Sequence record: NZ_CP069398.1
Direction: 5' to 3' (one strand)
DNA length: 64,000 bases
Source: a plasmid
Shown here: positions 19,445-28,962 of the stretch, one piece after another
Layout of the letters: each line of letters opens with the position of its first letter
How positions within the stretch are numbered: position 1 is the first letter of the stretch
Made by a program: the position numbers and the translations under genes
Notes under the pieces: generated by a model
Told to the model about the DNA's origin: nothing
What the model saw: only the letters and a program-made list of their open reading frames with translations
The model's database searches: none

Positions 19445-20260
19445 ATGTGCGAAGTGTTAACGATTCCAAGAAGTAGCTACTACCATTCGTTCAAAAAGAC
19501 AGTATCAAACCGCGAACAGGAAAATCGGAAGCTAACGAAAGAAATCGAACGAATTCATGTGAAAAGTAAAGCACGTTATGGCGCTCCAAAAATTCATAAG
19601 ATGTTAGTAAACAACGGGTGTGACCTAAGCCTAAAGCGTGTTCAGCGCTTAATGAAACAAGCAGGAATTCGTTCGATTACAAAGAAAAAATACCGTCCCT
19701 ATCCGTCAAAAGAAAAGGTGGTACAACTGACGAATCTGTTAAAACGAGATTTTTCTACACAGACCATTAATGAAAAATGGGTGGCAGATATTACGTACAT
19801 TCCTACAGTAAAAGATGGTTGGTGTTATTTAGCATCCGTATTGGATTTACATTCTAAAAAAATCGTGGGCTATTCTTTTTCTCGTTCCATGACGTCTGAA
19901 CTAGTCATTGAAGCACTTCAAAACGCTTACACTAATCAAAAGCCCCGAAAGGGCTTACTTCTTCATACGGATCTTGGCTCACAATACACGAGCAGTGAGT
20001 TTACTCAGCATGTCCACAAGTATCAAATGGAACAGTCTTTCAGCCAGAAAGGCTGCCCTTATGATAATGCCTGTATCGAGTCGTTTCATGCCATATTAAA
20101 AAAAGAGGAAGTCTATCATACGCAATACCTAGATTATTCAGCTGCCAAAGTAGCCATGTTTCAGTTTATAGAAGGATGGTATAACCGAAACAGAATCCAT
20201 AGTAGCCTCGGCTATCAAACCCCTCAAGCGATTGAGGATCAAATAAGAAAAACAGCTTAA
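19445..20260 (+). CDS. IS3-family transposase OrfB (DDE integrase core), in the -1 frame relative to orfA. OrfAB is probably produced by a programmed -1 frameshift near 19377-19383.
   Basis: DDE motifs (WVADITY, HTDLGSQY, ESFHAILKKE). The frame begins upstream of the first Met. Confidence 0.85.
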   Translation: MCEVLTIPRSSYYHSFKKTVSNREQENRKLTKEIERIHVKSKARYGAPKIHKMLVNNGCDLSLKRVQRLMKQAGIRSITKKKYRPYPSKEKVVQLTNLLKRDFSTQTINEKWVADITYIPTVKDGWCYLASVLDLHSKKIVGYSFSRSMTSELVIEALQNAYTNQKPRKGLLLHTDLGSQYTSSEFTQHVHKYQMEQSFSQKGCPYDNACIESFHAILKKEEVYHTQYLDYSAAKVAMFQFIEGWYNRNRIHSSLGYQTPQAIEDQIRKTA

Positions 20261-20586
20261 GACTTAACTTTTTTGTGTCCAAATTATTGACTCAAGTCCA
20301 AAATAAGGTTTATTTTTTATGTTCAGTTGTTATAAATATTATTAAACGGCTTTGTTTTAGAAACCAATTATTACGATTATGAACTTTATAGTTACGTAAT
20401 TTTTGTAATTTCTAATCTATTAATCTTCTATATTGAAAGTAGAAAATTAAACTTTAAAAGATAAATTTTGAAATCTAGAAGAAGTTTACGAAAACTTATA
20501 ACTTATGTATCGTTCTTGAGTCAATATGAATTATAAGCAATAGCAATAATCGGGAAAACTTTAGAGTTTTTGTTGAATAAAGAACG

Positions 20587-20624
20587 TTTGTTCGTATATA
20601 ATATAGAGAACAAACGTTCTTTAT
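20587..20624 (+). promoter_or_regulatory. Tandem LexA Cheo boxes (GAACGTTTGTTC at 20587-20598 and GAACAAACGTTC at 20613-20624) for polY copy 2.
   Basis: Same arrangement as 337-372. Confidence 0.6.
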
Positions 20625-20640
20625 TTAAGGAGTTCTTTTA

Positions 20641-21906
20641 ATGGATGATGGGCAGCTATCAAACAGAATCATTATTTGTATAGACATGAAATCGTTTTTC
20701 GCCTCGGTTTCCTCTGTTATACGGGGGTTAGATCCGTTGAAAACAAGGCTTGCGGTGGTAGGAGATATCAAAAGGTCAGGATCGGTTGTGTTAGCTGCCA
20801 CACCTTTATTAAAGAAAGAAGGGATCAAAACAGGAAGTCGTCTTTTTGACATTCCTAAAAGGAAAGATATCCATGTGGTAAATCCATCTATGGAGAGATA
20901 TATCAAGGCTTCGAACTATATTTCGAGTTTGGTGTTACAGTATGTGGCTCCTGAAGACTTTCATGCGTATAGCATTGATGAGTTATTTATTGATGCGACA
21001 GCTTCTTTGCATTTATTCGCTAAAACACCAGAAGAACTGGCCCATAAAATTATCAACGAGATTTATCGTAAGACACGGCTGACAGCTACCGCAGGTATCG
21101 GTCCGAATCTCTTACTGGCGAAGGTGAGCTTAGATCATGAAGCCAAGAATAGCCCAACAGGAGTTGCCTATTGGCGATATGAGGATATTCCCTTTAAGTT
21201 GTGGCCCATTCATCCGATGAAGGATTTCTGGGGGATCTCGTCTGCTACAGAAAGACGCTTAAATCGTTTGGGCATTCACTCTATCAAAGAACTCGCTCTT
21301 TCTTCAAAAGAGATGTTACAAAAGGAATTTGGCATACTAGGCGAAGAGTTGCACCAACATGCGAATGGCATTGATTACAGTCGCATTTCTGATGTGTACA
21401 TTCCTAGCTCTCGTTCCTTTGGAAAGAGTCAGATTCTATTCCGTGATTATACAAACCGAAAAGAAGTGGAGTTATTGCTGTTAGAGCTATTGGACGATGT
21501 ATGTTTTCGTTTACGCATGCATCAAGTGGTGGCTCAGACTGTTCATTTATCCATTGGCTACAGCAAACAAACAGGTGGCGGCTTCTCCAGACAAAAGAAA
21601 ATGGGGAGAGCTTCGAACTTAAGCCAAGATATCTTTCCATACTGTTTAACGATTTTACATACGCATGATAGTGGCATGCCTATTCGCTCCATTGGCATTT
21701 CATTGTCCAACACTAGTATTCAAGAAGAGGAGCAAATGAGCTTATTTGAGGACATCGATCAGCGTGAAAGAGACTATGCTCTTGCCAAAACGATTGATGA
21801 CATTCGGCTGCGTTATGGCAAGAATAGTGTACTACGTGCGTCTAGTCACCTTCCTTATTCAACAGCTCGCTATCGAAACGGCCTTATGGGTGGCCATAAG
21901 GCTTAA
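20641..21906 (+). CDS. Y-family translesion DNA polymerase, copy 2.
   Basis: 421 aa, about 92% identical to the protein at 393..1658. Confidence 0.85.
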   Translation: MDDGQLSNRIIICIDMKSFFASVSSVIRGLDPLKTRLAVVGDIKRSGSVVLAATPLLKKEGIKTGSRLFDIPKRKDIHVVNPSMERYIKASNYISSLVLQYVAPEDFHAYSIDELFIDATASLHLFAKTPEELAHKIINEIYRKTRLTATAGIGPNLLLAKVSLDHEAKNSPTGVAYWRYEDIPFKLWPIHPMKDFWGISSATERRLNRLGIHSIKELALSSKEMLQKEFGILGEELHQHANGIDYSRISDVYIPSSRSFGKSQILFRDYTNRKEVELLLLELLDDVCFRLRMHQVVAQTVHLSIGYSKQTGGGFSRQKKMGRASNLSQDIFPYCLTILHTHDSGMPIRSIGISLSNTSIQEEEQMSLFEDIDQRERDYALAKTIDDIRLRYGKNSVLRASSHLPYSTARYRNGLMGGHKA

Positions 21907-21919
21907 GGAGGAAAAAGAG

Positions 21920-22252
21920 ATGGAACCTAGAGGAATGAAAAAATGGCGTCCATTCGCTACTATGCCAGAGCAATACATAGAATTAAAGGAAATGATAAAT
22001 AAGCAAGCAGAAATAGCTCAACCTGTTTTAACAGAAGAGCAAATGGAACAGATGAATTTCACCTTAATTGAAGCCTTACATACAAATAAACAAGTGTACC
22101 TTACTTATTATAAGAGAGGCCAATGCATAACAGAGACAGGATTCATTCAGTTTTTTGATTCTCTTGGGGATTTATTTATTTTCATTGATGACGTATTTGA
22201 GTTAAAGAATAGAATGAGATTAAGCGAGCTAATCGATGTTCGCTTGGCTTAG
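21920..22252 (+). CDS. YolD-like protein, copy 2.
   Basis: ATG at 21920 after RBS AAGGAGG. Near-identical to 1672..2004. Confidence 0.7.
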   Translation: MEPRGMKKWRPFATMPEQYIELKEMINKQAEIAQPVLTEEQMEQMNFTLIEALHTNKQVYLTYYKRGQCITETGFIQFFDSLGDLFIFIDDVFELKNRMRLSELIDVRLA

Positions 22253-22303
22253 TTCCTGAAGAGATCGTATATAGGAAGCATTTATGTTGGTGGAGGTACA
22301 TTC

Positions 22304-22453
22304 ATGTACAATTTTAGAGTATACACGTTACGGGATGGTTCAAAGAGAATCATTAAACTAAAAGAAGGAGAATCATTTAAAGAGGAACTCCAAAGAGCAG
22401 GTATTCAAGAAACGCAAATTTTTCAGATGAAACTAGTGGCAAAACCAGAGTAA
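22304..22453 (+). CDS. Small hypothetical protein (49 aa, MYNFRVYTLRDGSKRIIKLKEGESF...). It is present only in copy 2 of the duplicated cassette.
   Basis: Strong RBS GGTGGAGG 6 nt before the ATG. Not in the ORF track because it is shorter than 60 aa. Confidence 0.3.
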   Translation: MYNFRVYTLRDGSKRIIKLKEGESFKEELQRAGIQETQIFQMKLVAKPE

Positions 22454-22517
22454 TTTTAACATGCCCCTTTTATATGGCTGTAATTGTGTTAGTCTAATAA
22501 AAGCCAAATAGAAAAGA

Positions 22518-22703
22518 GTGATCAACCTGGAAGAAATAAAAGAGCAAGAAATCGATTTTGATAAAGTGTACGACTATGCTGAATTTTCGGATAAGGTGAG
22601 TGGACGATGCGATAACTGCAATTCATCTTACTTCAAAAGTTCAGTAAAAAGTGGCGTTTTCTTGCGCGAATGTCGGGAATGCAGCATGAAGAAGAGTATC
22701 TAA
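22518..22703 (+). CDS. Small Zn-ribbon protein (CxxC..CxxC), intact copy.
   Basis: CDNCNSSY...CRECSMKK. A disrupted copy is at 2817..2912 and 4141..4260. Confidence 0.45.
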   Translation: MINLEEIKEQEIDFDKVYDYAEFSDKVSGRCDNCNSSYFKSSVKSGVFLRECRECSMKKSI

Positions 22704-22877
22704 GTATAGAGGATTATATAGTAAAAGGAGAAGGGTTTTTACCCTTCTCCTTTTTATGTAAATGTAGTTGTGTTTACTCATTTTTAGAATCTGAAATAAT
22801 CTATGCCTTCTGCTGATGCCTTTTATAACAAACTGCTTTAGAAGTTAAGGCATCCGTTGATCGCTCTTCTATTCCAC

Positions 22878-23285
22878 CTAAGAATTACCTACTTCTGACT
22901 GTTCCATAATAGTGAAGGTACGAAGTCTTCGGGGAATAAAAACTCGTATCTCCTCCTCTTTATATCCAATTTGTAACATTTTCTCATTTTGTATAATGGG
23001 TCGTTTAAGTATAGTAGGATGGGTTCTTAACAATTTATATAGCTCCGGTAACGACAGTTTATCTATCTCTATATTTAATTTTTGAAGTATCTTTGACCTT
23101 GTAGAAATGATTTCATCTGTACCCTCTTCTGTCATGCTAAGAATGCTTTTGATTTCATCTTCCTTAAGAGGATCATGTGATATATTTCTCTCAATATAAT
23201 CAATTTGATTTTCCTCAAGCCAAGCCTTTGCTTTTCGGCAAGAAGTACAGCTTGTTGTCGTATATAGATTAATCATTTTTCGCAC
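22878..23285 (-). CDS. Spx/ArsC-family regulator, paralog 2.
   Basis: [17 protein letters not shown]. About 75% identical to 4371..4772. Start probably at the internal MINLY (23276). Confidence 0.8.
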   Translation of the reverse strand: MRKMINLYTTTSCTSCRKAKAWLEENQIDYIERNISHDPLKEDEIKSILSMTEEGTDEIISTRSKILQKLNIEIDKLSLPELYKLLRTHPTILKRPIIQNEKMLQIGYKEEEIRVFIPRRLRTFTIMEQSEVGNS

Positions 23286-23500
23286 CTCATCAATATTTCT
23301 TTTCTCTTTAAAATCTTTGATTAATGAAATCGTATTTAAACCAAAAACTTATACCATGTATGTGTTACAGAAATTGAATTTAATTGCTATTCCACTAGAT
23401 GCAACAAGGTTATCCAGTTCATCACTTTTGCGCATTTTCCATAGCCTCGCTGCAGCTACAGATTTAGCAACGAGTGATTGATATATATGTTTTACATTAA

Positions 23501-23556
23501 CTAATCATAAATATTTATAACGTTGACGTCAACGTTATAAATATTTATGATTAGTT
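23501..23556. repeat. Perfect 56-bp palindrome CTAATCATAAATATTTATAACGTTGACGTCAACGTTATAAATATTTATGATTAG.
   Basis: Seen directly. The arms are 28 bp with zero mismatches. Confidence 0.8.
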
Positions 23557-23962
23557 TTAGGGAAAATAAAGGCCTTAGGCTAACTTTCAGCATGAGTTTT
23601 TGAACAAAACAAATAAGTATCCTGAATGACAAGACTTCTAGGCTGCAGAACAATTTATTTTAGATCTTTCATTTTTAGTTTTGCGCCACTGTTTTTCTAA
23701 ATGGAAAGCGCCGTAAAACCGAGGAACGTAATAAAAGCCTGAATGAAGGAAGTATCATACAGGCTAATTATTACTTAATAAATTCACTTTTTGATCTAAG
23801 AATTAGGTTGTCAAAAATAAATAACAACTATGGCATGAGAATCTTCCTTACCAAGAATGGAGGCCGTTTCGCTTTTTAAAATCAGTTCAAGCTACGAATT
23901 TGGCTGGGTCTTAAATTTTTGAGAGCCCCATCACAAATCGATTTTCAAGTATGAAATTTGAG

Positions 23963-24466
23963 TTATTTAAAAATCAATTGAGCAATTTCCGTTCCACTTT
24001 CAACTTCATCTGACTTTAACGGAATCATTTCAGAGATTTTTTCTTCAAAATTCGGGAAAACAAGGACTGAAATAATTTCTTTTCCCTTCTCCTCAATATA
24101 GGAAAGATCAAAAGTACCAATGTGGTCATTAACACTAACTATATCTCCAGCATTAATTTTGATATTAAATCCTTCACCTTTTAATTCAACTGTTTCAAGT
24201 CCTAAATGTAATAGCATTTCAAGGCCATCTTCCGTTACCATTCCAATTGCATGTTTAGTAGGAAACACTTGTGTAACCTTCCCATTTACAGGAGAAAAAA
24301 CTTCGCCGTTAGTTGGAATAAAGGCTAGCCCTTCGCCCATCATTTTCTGGGAAAAAACGGGATCTGGAACACTTCCTAATGGAATAACCTCGCCCTTTAA
24401 AGGGCTATGGATGAATATATTTTTTTCTTTTTTACTCTTCTTAAAAAACATCATTTCACACCTCAA
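23963..24466 (-). CDS. PTS EIIA component, glucose family (Crr-like).
   Basis: Typical EIIA-Glc sequence (GEGLAFIP, HAIGMVTEDGLEMLLH active-site His region). Confidence 0.8.
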   Translation of the reverse strand: MRCEMMFFKKSKKEKNIFIHSPLKGEVIPLGSVPDPVFSQKMMGEGLAFIPTNGEVFSPVNGKVTQVFPTKHAIGMVTEDGLEMLLHLGLETVELKGEGFNIKINAGDIVSVNDHIGTFDLSYIEEKGKEIISVLVFPNFEEKISEMIPLKSDEVESGTEIAQLIFK

Positions 24467-24469
24467 TGT

Positions 24470-24897
24470 CTATCTTTTACTATTTATATAATCTAAATAT
24501 CCAAATGCCAATGCTTCTACCACAATAAAAAAGGAAGAGGCAGATCGTACCCACCAATTTTTCGGAATAGGATTCATCGTACTGGAAGCATATAAATTAA
24601 AATCAGCATGTCCTGACAACCAATTACTTTTAAAATTGGTAAGGGAAATCATTTTTGCACCCTTAACTGCAGGAATATCAGGTAACCCTTGTAAGTTTGG
24701 ATTTTCACCGGATAGCGAAAACAAAATAATTAAATCTTTAGAAGTTAACTTTTCAATTATAAGCCTATATTCATTTGCGTGGGCCATTGCAGGAATAATT
24801 TGAACGGGTTTGCCAATAAGTAGGAATAGTCGTTGCAGTTCTGCAGCTTGATTTTTCTGGGCTATTCCTGTTGAAATGACATAAATATTTTCGCTAG
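24470..24897 (-). pseudogene. 3' fragment of a SIS-domain (RpiR/MurR-type) regulator gene. The N-terminal HTH part is missing and the gene is truncated at the IS4 left end.
   Basis: The SIS-like segment IYVISTGIAQ..ILFSLSGE reads stop-to-stop and runs straight into the IS terminal repeat. Confidence 0.5.
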
Positions 24898-26565
24898 TAG
24901 GGGTAGCGTCACATACCCATCAAGCTAACGCAATGGATTTTCCCCAAAACGAAAAAAACGTTATTCTTTTTAGTAAACTACTCGAAAAGGATGGCGTTTT
25001 TTTATGGATGTTCAGTTTTCCGAAGAATTACACCTATTTGCACAAGAATTACAACGCTCTTTGTCTCCCATTGCCTTACAAGAAATCGCTAAGAAAGTGG
25101 GATTTGTGAAACGATCGAGTAAGTATCAAGCAAATGAACTGATGGCTCTTTGCGTGTGGCTTAGCCAGGAAGTCGCTCGCACATCGCTTGCACAACTGTG
25201 TAGTCGACTAGAAGCTTCAACAGGTGTCCTGATGAGTCAGGAAGGATTGAATCAACGGTTTAATCCAGCAGCCGTCCAGTTTCTTCGTGAGGTGTTTGCT
25301 TTACTTCTCACACAGAAACTTTGTGCAACACAATCGCTATCGTCAACGCTCTTCTTGATTTTTAACCGTATTCGGATTTTAGATGCCACAGTGTTTCAGC
25401 TACCCGATGCCTTCGTAAGTGATTATCAAGGGTCTGGAGGAAGCAGTAATACGGCAGGTGTAAAGATTCAGCTTGAATATGACTTATTGAGTGGGCAATT
25501 TTTACACGTACAGCTAGGACCGGGAAAAGATAATGATAAAACGTATGGCACAACTTGTCTTGAAAGTGTGAAAGCAGGCGATTTCTGTTTACGTGATTTA
25601 GGTTATTTTGATTTACGAGATTTACAAACGATTCATGAATTAGGCGCCTTTTATCTCTCTCGATTAAAGCTAAATACCCGTATTTATGTAAAAAACCCTG
25701 AACCAGAATACTTCAAAAACGGCACACTGAAAAAGCAGAGCGAATATATTCAACTTAATATGGCACACATCTTGAACGAACTGGAACCGGGTGAGACCAT
25801 TGAACTTTCAGAAGCTTATGTTGGTCAAATTCAAAAATTACCGACACGTGTCATCATTCACCGACTAACGAACGAACAAACTAAAACCCGTTTAAACAAC
25901 CAAGCTGTACGTGAGAAAAAGAAAGGCATTGTCATGAAGGATAAAAGTAAACAGCTGATGGGAATGAACGTTTATATTACGAACACACCACCAAAAGAAG
26001 TACCGACAAACGATGTGCATTCATTGTATTCGTTACGTTGGCAGATTGAAATTTTATTTAAAACATGGAAGTCCTTCTTCGAAATAGATGAATGTAAAAC
26101 CATCAAAAAGGAACGGCTAGAGTGCCATTTATATGGGCAACTCATCGGGATTCTTCTCTGTTCTTCCACCATGTTTCAAATGCGGCAGCTCCTGTTGAAA
26201 AAGAGAAAACAAGAGCTGAGTGAATACAAATCAATTTATATGATTAAGGACTATTTTCCGTTACTATTTCCAGCAATGGCAGGTGATCTGACTGAACTCG
26301 TAACGATTCTCCAACGACTGTATCACCTGTTGAAAAAGAATGGGCGTAAGTGTCATCGGTATCAGAAAAAAACCGTTTTTGACATTCTTGGTATTGTGTA
26401 TGAGACAGCAGTAAAACAACAACAAGTTGCCTAACGAAAAAATGATAGTTTCATAGGCTTCTTTGTCATGCCGATTTTTCTGATACTCACCGATGTTAGG
26501 ACAAGGATCATTACATTTTTAATCGTTTCTGTCGTTAGCTTGATGGGTATGTGGTAGGACCCCTA
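24898..26565 (+). mobile_element. IS4-family insertion sequence. Terminal inverted repeats are TAGGGGTagcgtcACATACCCATCAAGCTAACG, with a 20-bp perfect core at both ends.
   Basis: Left 24898-24930 and the reverse complement of 26533-26565 share ACATACCCATCAAGCTAACG. Confidence 0.75.
25004..26434 (+). CDS. IS4-family DDE transposase.
   Basis: 476 aa with typical IS4/IS231-like architecture (DDE, YREK-like region). Confidence 0.85.
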   Translation: MDVQFSEELHLFAQELQRSLSPIALQEIAKKVGFVKRSSKYQANELMALCVWLSQEVARTSLAQLCSRLEASTGVLMSQEGLNQRFNPAAVQFLREVFALLLTQKLCATQSLSSTLFLIFNRIRILDATVFQLPDAFVSDYQGSGGSSNTAGVKIQLEYDLLSGQFLHVQLGPGKDNDKTYGTTCLESVKAGDFCLRDLGYFDLRDLQTIHELGAFYLSRLKLNTRIYVKNPEPEYFKNGTLKKQSEYIQLNMAHILNELEPGETIELSEAYVGQIQKLPTRVIIHRLTNEQTKTRLNNQAVREKKKGIVMKDKSKQLMGMNVYITNTPPKEVPTNDVHSLYSLRWQIEILFKTWKSFFEIDECKTIKKERLECHLYGQLIGILLCSSTMFQMRQLLLKKRKQELSEYKSIYMIKDYFPLLFPAMAGDLTELVTILQRLYHLLKKNGRKCHRYQKKTVFDILGIVYETAVKQQQVA

Positions 26566-26669
26566 TAAGCATTATCATTAACCTAGAACTGAATATGAAT
26601 ACACATTTTTAAAATATAATCTAGGAAATTGGAACCCTACAAAAATGCCTGTCGGAATTAATGCGTTTA

Positions 26670-26906
26670 TTAAATATCCCAAAAATCTTCACTCTTAATA
26701 TTAGGGTCTAGTCGTCTTAATTCTTTAATAATCTTACTTGCAGTTTTTAAATTTGGTACACGATCCTTATTTGTACTTAGGTGGCTAATGGTTGAGGTAC
26801 TTAGTTTTGTTCTGTCAGCGAGAACAGATTGTGATACTCCATGTCTATCAAGCCATTTTCCAAACTTACTACGCTTTTTTCCTAATCCGAACCATTGTTC
26901 AACCAA
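26670..26906 (-). CDS. Small HTH (XRE-like) DNA-binding protein.
   Basis: GVSQSVLADRTKLSTSTISHL helix-turn-helix. Confidence 0.5.
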   Translation of the reverse strand: MVEQWFGLGKKRSKFGKWLDRHGVSQSVLADRTKLSTSTISHLSTNKDRVPNLKTASKIIKELRRLDPNIKSEDFWDI

Positions 26907-27862
26907 AACTATCCCTCCTTTAACCCTTTTAATTTAATCTTGTACAAAAATCCCTTTTTATAAACTAATAGATAAAAATAAATTTTTTTAAGAAAAGGGA
27001 ATTTTGTACAAGCTCCATATCATATCATTTATTAAGGTATCAGTATAAGCTGTAATAAAAACTCCTAAGATAACTTAGAATAATGTCGATATTTTTGTCA
27101 TAAACATATAGCATGAATACAGTTAAGACCGCCTTATACACTAATACATAATGGGCGGTCTTTGTTATAGATATGCTATGAAAGTAGGAATTTATTAAAT
27201 TAAAAGGCTCGCATTATAAAATGCGAGCCCTTCAGCAAATAAGCCAAAACTAGAAACAGGGGATTAACGTAGTTAATCCTTAGGGTTATTGACTTGAAAA
27301 GTCTCTTTCATTGTATCAATATAGCAATTATTTTAAAATATGTAAAAGTTATCATTTTATTGGTTCTAAATGTAACCAAACAAGGAATTTAGTTGCAAAT
27401 ATTATTATTCATATAATAGTAATATAAAACGTTTTATTGTTTCTTAGACGTTAATTTTTCTAAATATCCCCTAAAATTATCAGCAGTCCTTAAAGTAACT
27501 AGATTACGTTCATATGATTCTTCGTAAGCCAGAAAATTAAGAATAAGATTGTTTTTATTGTAATGAAAGTTTAATTATAAATAATTCCCCCATAGCAGCT
27601 TTGCAATAGAATTGCTCTAGATATAACATGTTCCCACTATGAAAATTACATCCCTGTTCCTCCAGAGATGCTTCGCAGCAACTTATACCATATTCGAATA
27701 AGGGTGTTCACTAACATCTTTACTACTACGCAAAAACCATTCAATTGGGTACCTCTTACTGATGGCGCTTAATAGACTCGATTGATTCCCAAGCTGCACA
27801 ACTATGATGTGTTTTTTGAAAAGCTTAATAAGGCTCAAGAAATTGAACGCGGAAATAGCTAT

Positions 27863-28651
27863 TTACTTTTGATATTCATAGACGACTGGAACTTTGTCCA
27901 TTTTCACGGTTTTCGCCACGACATAACGGCGATATCCATCCTTTAAGACTTTTGAGTCTTTTTCAATCGTTAATGGTTCATCTAAGCGTCCTGTACGCTT
28001 CACAAAATCAATGACCTTTTGTGTTTTCTCAGGGTTCGGACGTGTGTTTAAGAAGGCTTCAGGTACAATAATATCATCAAAGCTCACGAGATCCTGTGTC
28101 CCTTTTGGTTGATTCGGTAGGGTTTTCGGTTTTCGCTCAGCCTTTTTCTCTTGTACAGGTGCTTCTTTCGCTTCTAGCTGTACCGCTTCTGCTTCTTTCT
28201 TCTGTTCATTTGCTACAGGTTGAGAAACAGGTGCTTGTGCTTCTTCCTGTTTAGTAGGTTCCGTATTCTTTTGGGCTTCAGAAGGCGTAGGTGCTTCTTG
28301 TTTAGGTTCTTTTTTCGCATCTGACTCATTCTTCTCTTTATCATTTTTATTCGGGAGAACGGTAATTTGAAAACAAATCACCCCTACTTCACCAGGGCAT
28401 TCATCAATGGGAATATCCAACGTTGGTTCCCCTTGAATTAAAATCTTTTCATGCATGATACTTTTCTTCGTGAGGCCTGTTTTATTAAAGGCTTTCTTCG
28501 CAACAAACACGGTATACGAAATAAAGGTACTCTTCTTTAATCCTTTAGGCGCAGATGGTGACCCTTTTTCACGCATATCAAAAGCAACGTAGCGATCGTA
28601 TTCTCGTAAGGGTCCTGTAGCTGATCCGGTTAACGTAATTTTATGTGGCAT
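27863..28651 (-). CDS. Hypothetical protein with an N-terminal globular domain, a Glu/Lys/Pro-rich linker and a C-terminal ParB/Srx-like segment (KDGYRRYVVAKTVKMDKVPVV).
   Basis: The C-terminal motif resembles the ParB DGHHR..A..LG...IPV box. Confidence 0.45.
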   Translation of the reverse strand: MPHKITLTGSATGPLREYDRYVAFDMREKGSPSAPKGLKKSTFISYTVFVAKKAFNKTGLTKKSIMHEKILIQGEPTLDIPIDECPGEVGVICFQITVLPNKNDKEKNESDAKKEPKQEAPTPSEAQKNTEPTKQEEAQAPVSQPVANEQKKEAEAVQLEAKEAPVQEKKAERKPKTLPNQPKGTQDLVSFDDIIVPEAFLNTRPNPEKTQKVIDFVKRTGRLDEPLTIEKDSKVLKDGYRRYVVAKTVKMDKVPVVYEYQK

Positions 28652-28811
28652 AATAGTCTCCTCCTGCGTAGATTATTAGTTATTGTTTATTTAGAACACA
28701 GTTCTAAATAAACAAATCTCAATGAATTTTTAGCTATTAAGGGATTTCTTTACTTATTACATGTTCTCTTGTTTTGCATATAAACAGCAACTGTGCACAT
28801 ACTTTAAGTAT

Positions 28812-28895
28812 GGACTTGTAGCTCAATGGCAGAGCAGCCAGTCGTATTACACTATACAACTTTGGCGTCTTGCAGGTTCAAATCCTGCCAAGTCC
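28812..28895 (+). tRNA. tRNA-like element. The acceptor stem (GGACTTG/CAAGTCC), D-arm (TAGCTCAATGGCAGAGCA) and T-arm (GCAGGTTCAAATCCTGC) are canonical. The anticodon arm carries about 13 extra nt (GCCAG-[20-nt loop]-TTGGC). It is probably a disrupted tRNA gene or a tRNA-derived attachment-site remnant.
   Basis: Manual cloverleaf folding gives 84 nt with no encoded CCA. Confidence 0.4.
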
Positions 28896-28962
28896 TCTCT
28901 TAAAACAATGAATACGTTAAAAATAATAAAAGTTCTTATGATGCTTTAACTATTTTTAAAAA

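Larger units (their letters stand above)
19057..20281 (+). mobile_element. IS3-family insertion sequence (1225 bp). IRL is TGGACACCATTTAATTAAGTCC. The reverse complement of IRR is TGGACACAAAAAAGTTAAGTCT. The flanks TCA and AAT show no target-site duplication.
   Basis: Terminal inverted repeats with TG..CA ends located by eye. orfA and orfB lie inside. Confidence 0.75.
20545..22252. repeat. Segmental duplication copy A2 (polY-yolD cassette and promoter).
   Basis: See 305..2004. Confidence 0.85.

Noticed and set aside
28761-28949. 62-aa plus-strand ORF.
   Set aside because: It overlaps the tRNA-like element (28812..28895) and its translation is driven by the tRNA sequence.
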